In this document: piece after piece, positions 36,644 through 43,634 of the stretch | Numbering within the stretch: the stretch's first letter is position 1 | How the letters are laid out: every line of letters starts with the position of its first letter | Source of the DNA: an uncultured Bacteroides sp. | GTDB taxonomy: Bacteria; Bacillota; Clostridia; Christensenellales; CAG-917 | NCBI GenBank assembly: GCA_964624745.1 | Contig: CAZUZK010000005.1 | Coordinates: 7,131 to 53,869, forward strand | DNA length: 46,739 nt | Direction: 5' to 3' | Notes under the pieces: model-generated | Database searches by the model: none | Told to the model about the DNA's origin: nothing | What the model saw: only the letters and a program-made list of their open reading frames with translations | Program-made: the position numbers and the translations under genes

Positions 36644-36693
36644 TTAAAATATAGCTTTGGAGAAACGCGCTTGTTTTTCTAAAGAGAAGTTTT

Positions 36694-36786
36694 GGAGAAG
36701 TCGCCTAGTTTGGTCGAGGGCGCGCGACTGGAAATCGCGTAACCGTCAAAAGCGGTTCAAGAGTTCGAATCTCTTCTTCTCCGCCA
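36694..36786 (+). tRNA. tRNA-Ser (anticodon GGA)
   Basis: Acceptor stem GGAGAAG/CTTCTCC with G discriminator and CCA. Anticodon arm CGCGA-CTGGAAA-TCGCG; long variable arm AACCG/CGGTT; T-arm AAGAG-TTCGAAT-CTCTT. Confidence 0.97.
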
Positions 36787-36793
36787 AAATCAT

Positions 36794-36821
36794 AAAAACC
36801 CTACTAAACAGTAGGGTTTTT
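36794..36821 (+). terminator. Terminator after tRNA-Ser
   Basis: AAAAACCCTACT-AAAC-AGTAGGGTTTTT. Confidence 0.8.
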
Positions 36822-36884
36822 GCGTTTTTAATGGCTCAATTTTCCTACCGAATCCCGCTATTTCCGCCCCATTCCGTCCTGTTC

Positions 36885-36924
36885 TGTCACATAATGTGTC
36901 ACATATTTTATGTTTTTTCACATA
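36885..36924. repeat. Putative integrase arm-type binding sites
   Basis: TGTCACATA direct repeat at 36885 and 36897, plus TTTCACATA at 36916, between the att core region and the integrase 3' end. Confidence 0.55.
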
Positions 36925-36952
36925 AAAAAACCGCCATTTTAACGACGGTTTT
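36924..36952 (-). terminator. Terminator after the integrase
   Basis: Minus strand AAAACCGTC-N8-GGCGGTTTTTTT. Confidence 0.6.
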
Positions 36953-36962
36953 CATAAATGTT

Positions 36963-38069
36963 TCACAGTAATGCTACGGCTTTTAGCTTATCCGACTCAA
37001 CATGGTGGGCGTATGTTTTTACAACCTGGTCGAGTGTATCGCCTATTAGAGCGGCAATTACGCCAAAGTTAACTCCTCGTGCCATCAAAAGAGAAACATA
37101 AGAATGTCGTAGGTCGTGGATGCGTATACGTTTGACGCCACTTTTTGCAATAGCAGTTTCCATTTTTGCTTGTATGGCATGTCTGGACGGCGGATTTTCT
37201 CCGCCGAAAATAAATTTGTTTGGCATTTGTGCTTTTTCCTTTTCATTTAACCATTCGTTCAAAACATCAATCGCCTTTTGTGGAATAGGAATATTTCTTG
37301 ATTTGTAGTTTTTAGTTTCGGTAATTCTATACGAAGATCCATCTAGCGTCTTTTGTGAGTATGTTGCGTGTACGTGCAGTTCAGAGCTATTAAAATCTGC
37401 GGGGGTTAGCACCTGCAACTCTCCAATGCGACATCCGCTATAAAAAAGAGTAGTGAAGAGTGCTTTGTATCTCAAATCGTCAACAGAGGCTATGAAACGC
37501 TCGAATTCCGTTTCTGTCCATATCTGACGAGGCTCTTTATTATCACGTCGTTTGGGCGTTTTAACACCGATTAGAGCGTTCTCGATCTCATAATGCTCTA
37601 CGCACCAATTATAAAACGAGGAAAAGAAACTATATATTTTGAGTAGCGTTTTTTGAGAATATGGTTTGCCCTTATATGTTTTTGTCCAAAGCATATCAAG
37701 CCATCGGATAATGCGGTGTTTATCGATTTCAGCGATTAGCATATCTTCAAAAAAGTCGTTTATGTGCAATTTGAATATATGCGTTATTTCATACATTGTA
37801 CTTTCCTTTACATTATATTGTATCGCACCAAGATATGAACTGAACGCCTCGCAGAATGTAACATTTAATTTGTTCTTAACTTTAACCGGCATAGCGATAT
37901 AGCTTGCCATGAAATCAGTGTATGCTTTTTTCGCAAGGGTTTTGTTTTTGAAACCGCTTAAACGTTTATGCTTGCGCCCTTCGGACGTAACAACATAAAA
38001 GAAAACATCATAAACAATACCATTCTTTGTTTCGCGGGGTTGAATGTTGTATTTGAAATTATTGTTCAT
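36963..38069 (-). CDS. int: Phage tyrosine integrase
   Basis: N-terminal arm-binding domain (RKHKRLSGFKNKTLAKKA), SAM-like domain, catalytic YSGCRIGEL, TKNYKSR, IRIHDLRHSY and VKTYAH. Confidence 0.95.
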   Translation of the reverse strand: MNNNFKYNIQPRETKNGIVYDVFFYVVTSEGRKHKRLSGFKNKTLAKKAYTDFMASYIAMPVKVKNKLNVTFCEAFSSYLGAIQYNVKESTMYEITHIFKLHINDFFEDMLIAEIDKHRIIRWLDMLWTKTYKGKPYSQKTLLKIYSFFSSFYNWCVEHYEIENALIGVKTPKRRDNKEPRQIWTETEFERFIASVDDLRYKALFTTLFYSGCRIGELQVLTPADFNSSELHVHATYSQKTLDGSSYRITETKNYKSRNIPIPQKAIDVLNEWLNEKEKAQMPNKFIFGGENPPSRHAIQAKMETAIAKSGVKRIRIHDLRHSYVSLLMARGVNFGVIAALIGDTLDQVVKTYAHHVESDKLKAVALL

Positions 38070-38761
38070 TGTTTTTTTGTTAGAGTATCTATATAGTCGT
38101 TCAAAATGATGGTCAATTTTGTTTTATAAATTTCAAACTTGTTGTTATTATCAAAGGGAGTGCATTCGATTAGTAGTTTAATTTTGCCGTCTTCAAATTC
38201 CATATAATCGCATGCATTGTTTTTTGTGTGCTCAAATTGTGAGATCCAGCTTACTGCTGGCAAGACAATTTTTTTGTACAATAACTCGTTTCCGCATATA
38301 GCCATGATGGCAGAGCGCTGTTGTATTTGAAAGGTACTTAGGCAATATGACATTATTGCGGAAAGTTGTCGTTTGCGATATTTCGGAAATAGTGAACACA
38401 TCTGTAAAGTATCCCAATATGTTGTCAGTGTCAACGCACCTACGGCTCCATGTTCATTTACACAAAGTTCAAGAGAGGATGAATATAGACAATTATATCG
38501 ATCTGCAATAACAATCGAAGAAACATTCGATGGTTTCAGACATCCAATCACATTCAAATTTGTTAGTCGCCTTGTAGAATCAATCGAAATTTTGGGCTTA
38601 GATTTGCTTTTTTTAATACAACGCATCAATGGTTTATATTCATTATTCCAAATAGAGATGGCATACTTGAAGCGTGAAATAAAGCCGTCAACGCTAAAAT
38701 CATCTTTGATTTTATTGTTTTTCAAAGCTTCATTAAGTTCCTCAAACGGCGTATTATACAT
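38066..38761 (-). CDS. Hypothetical lysogeny-module protein between repressor and integrase
   Basis: 231-aa AT-rich ORF with AGGGGG RBS; its stop overlaps the integrase start (ATGA). No family recognised. Confidence 0.7.
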   Translation of the reverse strand: MYNTPFEELNEALKNNKIKDDFSVDGFISRFKYAISIWNNEYKPLMRCIKKSKSKPKISIDSTRRLTNLNVIGCLKPSNVSSIVIADRYNCLYSSSLELCVNEHGAVGALTLTTYWDTLQMCSLFPKYRKRQLSAIMSYCLSTFQIQQRSAIMAICGNELLYKKIVLPAVSWISQFEHTKNNACDYMEFEDGKIKLLIECTPFDNNNKFEIYKTKLTIILNDYIDTLTKKQ

Positions 38762-38782
38762 GAAATTCCCCCTAAAAGATAC

Positions 38783-39442
38783 TTATAAATTTACTTTATA
38801 GCTACGGCATACGCCGAGTATAAACGCTTCTTTGTTTTGCAATTGTTCTTGCGTGACTATATAACTATCCGCATTGGGATTGTCGGCGCGCAAAAGTATA
38901 GCGCCGTCTGGTTGCGGATAATAGCGTTTTAGCGTTGCATATTCTCCGTCCATTGCGAATGCCACAATTTGTCCCTTCTCGGCAGCGTCTTGTTTTTTTA
39001 TTATAGCCAACGAACCGTCCGGGATAGTGGGGAGCATACTGTCGCCTTCTACGCGTAAAATAAAATATTCGCCGTCACTATACTTTGCATCGGCATATTC
39101 CCATTCTCCATAGTTGTTTTGGTCAGTGCATATTGGTTTGCCTGCTCGCACAATACCGAGAATCGGCAATTTTACATAAGGCTCCATAGGGAATACATTT
39201 GAGTATTTTGGTAGTGTGTTATCTGTGGGGGAATCGTCCCAGCCCATTAAATATGCCGGTGTAGTGTGCAGCGCTTTTGCAAGCGGCTCCAATACCGTTG
39301 AGGGCATGTTTTCAATATCGTTGCTTTCATAACGATATACGGTTGCACGATTCTTGCCAAGTCGTTTTGCTAATTCAGTAACTGAAATACCAAGTTCCTC
39401 TCGGCGCTGTTTTATTCTGTCTGATATTCTAATGTCTTCCAT
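38783..39442 (-). CDS. cI: CI/LexA-like phage repressor (XRE HTH + S24 autoprotease)
   Basis: RIKQRREELGIS..ELA..LG..RATVYRYES HTH; Ala-Gly cleavage site VRAG; catalytic GDSM and TLKR. Real start is probably ATG 39442. Confidence 0.93.
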   Translation of the reverse strand: MEDIRISDRIKQRREELGISVTELAKRLGKNRATVYRYESNDIENMPSTVLEPLAKALHTTPAYLMGWDDSPTDNTLPKYSNVFPMEPYVKLPILGIVRAGKPICTDQNNYGEWEYADAKYSDGEYFILRVEGDSMLPTIPDGSLAIIKKQDAAEKGQIVAFAMDGEYATLKRYYPQPDGAILLRADNPNADSYIVTQEQLQNKEAFILGVCRSYKVNL

Positions 39443-39448
39443 ACATAT

Positions 39449-39817
39449 ATAATAACACAAATTTGCAAAAATGCAACACTTAAAATAAAATTTGCAAAAA
39501 ATATCGCAAAAATGCGAAAAAACTATTGACAAGCCCTTGTTAAAAGTGTATTTTGTATGTGTTGCACAAATGCGACAATAAAAATGAGGAGTGCGAAATG
39601 ATAAACAAGAAACTGTTACTTTACAAGATTGCGCAAGCAGGTAAGAGTGTAAAAGAAATTTCAGATTATATAGGAATTAATGTTTCTACTTTCTATAGAA
39701 AGGTCGAAAAAAACACATTTAAGTGTTCCGAAGTAGAAAAAATAGCAAGTTCGATTGCGCTTAATGCGGATGAATTGTTGGGAATTTTTTTTGCGCCTAC
39801 CGTCGCATAAGTGCGAC
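39449..39817. promoter_or_regulatory. Lysis/lysogeny switch: divergent promoters and four TYGCA-N4-TGCRA operators
   Basis: Operators TTGCAAAAATGCAA (39463-39476), TCGCAAAAATGCGA (39504-39517), TTGCACAAATGCGA (39562-39575), TCGCATAAGTGCGA (39803-39816). Rightward promoter TTGACA (39526), 17 bp, TATTTT (39549); leftward TTGCAT, 16 bp, TATTAT. Confidence 0.85.
39598..39810 (+). CDS. cro: Cro-like HTH regulator
   Basis: 70 aa, KSVKEISDYIGINVSTFYRKV HTH, ends IFFA; divergent from cI; GAGGAG RBS. Confidence 0.85.
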   Translation: MINKKLLLYKIAQAGKSVKEISDYIGINVSTFYRKVEKNTFKCSEVEKIASSIALNADELLGIFFAPTVA

Positions 39818-39830
39818 AAAGGAGGAAATT

Positions 39831-40028
39831 GTGACGTTTGAAGAAAGAGAGCAAATATTAGCAAAGGACATCTTGTCTGTAAAAGATGTTGCCGAATTGA
39901 TGGGTGTTAGTACAAAAAAGGCAAGTGATGTTATGTGTAAAATCAAGCATTGCAAAACCCCGAGAGTGAATGAGCGAGGCAAATTACACACCCAAGATTA
40001 CTTGGATTATTACAAATTAAGGAGATGA
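39831..40028 (+). CDS. Small HTH protein, possibly excisionase-like
   Basis: GTG start with GGAGG RBS; ILSVKDVAELMGVS..KA pattern; position after cro. Confidence 0.6.
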   Translation: MTFEEREQILAKDILSVKDVAELMGVSTKKASDVMCKIKHCKTPRVNERGKLHTQDYLDYYKLRR

Positions 40029-40031
40029 ATT

Positions 40032-40481
40032 ATGACAAAAGTAGTGATTACTTATGGCGGAAAAGATTGCGATGGCGGGGATTGCGAAAGTGCATTGTCG
40101 TTCAATCTATACGGCCAAATCGTTTGTGACGGCAGTGATGAAAGTGAAAAGCGATTGAGAGAATCTTGCTTTGAAGCGCTGGCAATCGCACACGGTACCT
40201 TGCTCGGACTATACAACATCCATGTGAAATGCGTGAGTTTTTTTGAGGGGGGGGGGATGATGGACACAAGAACTATGGAATATAAGACGGTATACAAAGT
40301 TATTTGTTGGTGGGACGATGACATCGACGATAGAAGAGAGATGTATGTTGTTGCAGGAAACGAGAATGAGGTTGACGAAAAAATGCAAGCACACGCTTTG
40401 GATTTGAAGAATAAAGGATACGCTTCGTTACACTGGATTAAAAACTATTATGAAGTTGAGATAGACAACGTTATCGATTAA
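40032..40481 (+). CDS. Hypothetical phage protein; probably two genes fused across a G10 tract
   Basis: AGGAG RBS; internal GAG-GGG-GGG-GGG-ATG-ATG at 40245-40262. Confidence 0.6.
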   Translation: MTKVVITYGGKDCDGGDCESALSFNLYGQIVCDGSDESEKRLRESCFEALAIAHGTLLGLYNIHVKCVSFFEGGGMMDTRTMEYKTVYKVICWWDDDIDDRREMYVVAGNENEVDEKMQAHALDLKNKGYASLHWIKNYYEVEIDNVID

Positions 40482-40509
40482 AGCAGATTTTAAGGAGGAG
40501 AGAAGAAAA

Positions 40510-40710
40510 ATGAAGACAGCATTTAATGGAAAAGTAACAGAACTTTGCGACGAGCTTTCAAGCCTCGTTTGCGAACACGGAGACACGTGCAGAGTAATGA
40601 CGGCGATTGCGAAGAAGAACGCCGAGAGCAAGGAAGAGAGCAACCCGATAGGTAGCAATGTCAACCCGACTATGATGCAATTTCTTGCCCCGTTTTTGAA
40701 GATGAGGTGA
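40510..40710 (+). CDS. Hypothetical phage protein
   Basis: AGGAGG RBS; 66 aa; co-oriented in the early operon. Confidence 0.6.
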   Translation: MKTAFNGKVTELCDELSSLVCEHGDTCRVMTAIAKKNAESKEESNPIGSNVNPTMMQFLAPFLKMR

Positions 40711-40713
40711 GGT

Positions 40714-41055
40714 ATGAACGCGATTTACGACAAGTCGGGAAAGTGGCGAGCAAAATTTCACACGTGTTCCCAAGCGGATTACGACGAAGAAAAGGGCTTC
40801 GTGACGCATTTTGGGACGTATTGGATTATCGAACGTTTTAACGGCAAAAGCTGGGATACGCAAGACATCATCGGTCTTGACGAAACGCCGCGAATAGTGT
40901 TTCAAGACGAAGCAAAAGTGCGAATGGAGGAGCTTATTCAGCAGACTGAAGCAGGCGAGCGAAAGATAAAGAAAGATTGCGATTGCTTATCGCCGTGTGG
41001 CGTGGGTGAAGTAGAAAGTTCTTGGGCGCATAGATTCCCAAGATTAGGAAGATAA
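40714..41055 (+). CDS. Hypothetical phage protein
   Basis: GAGGTG RBS; 113 aa; tight packing. Confidence 0.6.
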   Translation: MNAIYDKSGKWRAKFHTCSQADYDEEKGFVTHFGTYWIIERFNGKSWDTQDIIGLDETPRIVFQDEAKVRMEELIQQTEAGERKIKKDCDCLSPCGVGEVESSWAHRFPRLGR

Positions 41056-41068
41056 AAGGAGAAAAGTT

Positions 41069-41536
41069 ATGGCAAGTATTTATGAAATAGACAAGCAAAT
41101 AGAGGACTGTATCGACTTTGAGACGGGGGAAGTCCTCGACGAAGAAAAGCTGGAACAATTACAGATTGCAAGAGACGTCAAGATTGAGAATATCGCGCTT
41201 TTTATCAAGAATCTCACCGCCGACGTCAAGGCTCTCAAAGAAGAGGAGACGAACCTTTCGGAACGTCGCAAGACGAAAGAAAACAAGATTGAACAGCTTA
41301 AGAAGTATCTTACAAGCGTTTTGGATTCTGCGCCGTTCGAGAGCGCGCGAGCAAAGATAAGCTTTAGAAAGTCTGTAGCTGTAAATATCCTCGATGAGGC
41401 AAAAATTCCGAGCGCGTATACAAAGACGGAAACCGTCGTCAAGATTGATAAAAAAGCTATCGGAGACGCGCTTAAATTTGGCGAGCTGGTCGAAGGCGCA
41501 GAGCTTGTTCAAAATAGCAATATTCAAATCAAATAA
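41069..41536 (+). CDS. Siphovirus Gp157 family protein
   Basis: SIYEID...DFETGE...KIENIALFIKNL.AD..ALKEEE..L..RRK..ENK...LK.YL...ISFRKS..V...IP......IDKKAI..ALK.GE.VEGAEL. Confidence 0.85.
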   Translation: MASIYEIDKQIEDCIDFETGEVLDEEKLEQLQIARDVKIENIALFIKNLTADVKALKEEETNLSERRKTKENKIEQLKKYLTSVLDSAPFESARAKISFRKSVAVNILDEAKIPSAYTKTETVVKIDKKAIGDALKFGELVEGAELVQNSNIQIK

Positions 41537-41559
41537 GGAAACAAGGGAGAAAAGAAGAA

Positions 41560-42330
41560 ATGAACAAATTTAGGACTTTAAGAGCGGACGAGATAGAGTG
41601 TCGAGTGGGCACGTGCAATGAGAAAGGCTTTTCGCTTTTGCTCTACAAAGATGCAAGATGCGACCAAAACATACTTGACGAAACCGTCGGGCTTACGAAT
41701 TGGCAAAGAGACCACAAGGAGTGCAAGGGTAATCTTTTCTGCGGCGTGTCGATATGGGACGAGCAAAAGTCGCAATGGATAACGAAATGGGACTGCGGAA
41801 CGGAGAGCAACACCGAGAAAGAGAAAGGCGAGGCATCGGATTCTTTCAAGCGTGCGTGCTTTAACTGGGGTATCGGACGAGAGTTATATACAGCCCCGTT
41901 TATATACATCAAAGGCAATACGAAGAGCGTTCCAGCTCGTTCCGGTGAAAAGTGGATACCGACGTTCAAGACTATGGACGTGAGCGCAATCGAGTACAAG
42001 GACGGCAAGATAAGCAAGCTTGTGATAACGGGTGACGGACAAGTCATTTACGGCAACGGCGCGCAACGAGCCTCTCAAGCGGAGAATACCGAGCGAAAGC
42101 CCGAAAGCAAGGAATCTGTCGAGCCCAGCCGCAAACTCACGCTTATTGACGCTTACAATCTGCAAACGGCGCGAGGGAAATACTTTAACGAGCTTTCTGA
42201 AGACCAGCTTGAGTATATCGTGAAGAACTCGAAGAATCCAACGGCGATTTGCGGAGCAAAGCTGATTCTTGATGATAAGCGACTTAATCCAGACTTTGAG
42301 CCGATAGAAGAAGAGGGCTTACCTTTTTAA
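41560..42330 (+). CDS. Rad52/Rad22-like (Sak-type) single-strand annealing protein
   Basis: FR.LRADEIECRV, LLLYKDAR..QNILDETVG..NWQ, WITKWDCG.ESN.E.EKGEASDSFKRAC.NWGIGRELY. Confidence 0.82.
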   Translation: MNKFRTLRADEIECRVGTCNEKGFSLLLYKDARCDQNILDETVGLTNWQRDHKECKGNLFCGVSIWDEQKSQWITKWDCGTESNTEKEKGEASDSFKRACFNWGIGRELYTAPFIYIKGNTKSVPARSGEKWIPTFKTMDVSAIEYKDGKISKLVITGDGQVIYGNGAQRASQAENTERKPESKESVEPSRKLTLIDAYNLQTARGKYFNELSEDQLEYIVKNSKNPTAICGAKLILDDKRLNPDFEPIEEEGLPF

Positions 42331-42341
42331 GGAGCGTACAG

Positions 42342-42446
42342 ATGTGGAAAGAGATTTTAAGAATAATAATCACGTGCTTGTTCGGCGCGCTTTTGCTAGC
42401 CGTGACAGTGCTTGCGATGAAAGAGCTTAATAGGTATTGCATATGA
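42342..42446 (+). CDS. Small single-TM phage protein (34 aa; not in the ORF track)
   Basis: AAGGAG RBS; MWKEILRIIITCLFGALLLAVTVLAMKELNRYCI; its stop overlaps the next start (ATGA). Confidence 0.6.
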   Translation: MWKEILRIIITCLFGALLLAVTVLAMKELNRYCI

Positions 42447-42967
42447 GATTCAAAGGACAATTTACAAGAGCGTTACAAGGCGATTTAGGGGCGTACGAGG
42501 TTACGTTTATCACGAGGGATAAAAATGCGGTCTTGAAGCTTAAAACGCAGGATAAGACTAAAGACTTGAGTATCGAGGTCAAACAACACCGAGAGGCACG
42601 CTCGCTTGACGCAAACGCTTACTTCCACGTGCTAGTGAGTAAGATTGCCGAGCTTGATTATCAAAGCATAGACGACGTTAAACGACAGCTTGTATGCGAT
42701 TATGGCGCCGTTGCGTTTATCGCCAGAATACCAGCCGACGCAAATCTTGACGACATCTACAAGTATTCAAAGCTTATCGGCGAGAGCAAGGGAACAAAGA
42801 CACCGTGCAATGATTGGTATATTTTTAAGCCGACACACACGCTGGATAGCAAGGAAATGGCGAGGCTCATCGAGGGAACGGTGCAAGAGGCACAGCAGCT
42901 CGGTATCGAGACGAGAACACCGCAAGAACTTGCCGAGCTTGTTTCACTTTGGGGGACGGAAAAATGA
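42443..42967 (+). CDS. NinB/Orf-like phage recombination accessory protein
   Basis: RSLDANAYFHVLVSKIA and THTLDSKEMARLIEG...AQQLGI motifs; lies next to the SSAP. Confidence 0.65.
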   Translation: MRFKGQFTRALQGDLGAYEVTFITRDKNAVLKLKTQDKTKDLSIEVKQHREARSLDANAYFHVLVSKIAELDYQSIDDVKRQLVCDYGAVAFIARIPADANLDDIYKYSKLIGESKGTKTPCNDWYIFKPTHTLDSKEMARLIEGTVQEAQQLGIETRTPQELAELVSLWGTEK

Positions 42968-43536
42968 CGGACTACAAAAAGAGAGAACTAATCAACAAGA
43001 ACAAGTGGACAGCGACGTTTGGAGAAATATCCGACGGGAGCGGAGTATACGTGCTGACACGCCAAGAGGGCGACTTCAAGTACGCTTACGTCGGGCAAGC
43101 AAAGCACGTGCTTACAAGACTTGCGCAACACCTCGACGGATACCAGCACATAGATTTGTCGCTCAAAAAGCACGGACTGTTTAGCGCCGACAACCTCAAC
43201 GGTTGGAACCTTTGGACGGTCAACGTTCCCGAAAACGCACTTGACGATTGGGAGCGACACTATATCAAGTATTGCGCCGTTAGAGGCTATCAGTTGCGCA
43301 ATAAAACGAGTGGTGGTCAAGACGAGGGCAAGTATGGCATAGCACCCAACAAGCCCTCAAAAGGCTACTACGACGGCGTGAGGCAAGGCGAGAAAAATAC
43401 GGTCAAGAAAGTGGCAGTATTTTTCGAGAAATATCTCGACGTTTCTATCAAGGGAACGCTGAATAAAATCAAGGAGCGAAAACTGCAAGAGTTTAACGAT
43501 TTCCTACAATCTAACGAGGTGAATTATGAAAATTGA
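42964..43536 (+). CDS. GIY-YIG family nuclease
   Basis: SGVYVL...YAYVGQA..V..RLAQH...WERHYI...LRN. Confidence 0.8.
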   Translation: MTDYKKRELINKNKWTATFGEISDGSGVYVLTRQEGDFKYAYVGQAKHVLTRLAQHLDGYQHIDLSLKKHGLFSADNLNGWNLWTVNVPENALDDWERHYIKYCAVRGYQLRNKTSGGQDEGKYGIAPNKPSKGYYDGVRQGEKNTVKKVAVFFEKYLDVSIKGTLNKIKERKLQEFNDFLQSNEVNYEN

Positions 43537-43633
43537 GAAACCACCGACGGACAATATGAAGAAGAAAGCAAGAGCTGTTTACGACTATCTCAAAGCGAAC
43601 GAACGCTTTGTTGAAAAAACGGAGGCAAAGTGA
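43526..43633 (+). CDS. Small hypothetical protein (35 aa; not in the ORF track)
   Basis: GAGGTG RBS; MKIEKPPTDNMKKKARAVYDYLKANERFVEKTEAK; fills the gap before the initiator gene. Confidence 0.45.
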   Translation: MKIEKPPTDNMKKKARAVYDYLKANERFVEKTEAK

Positions 43634-43634
43634 T

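Noticed and set aside
36657-36971. 104-aa ORF over the tRNA
   Set aside because: Spurious reading frame across tRNA-Ser and the att region.
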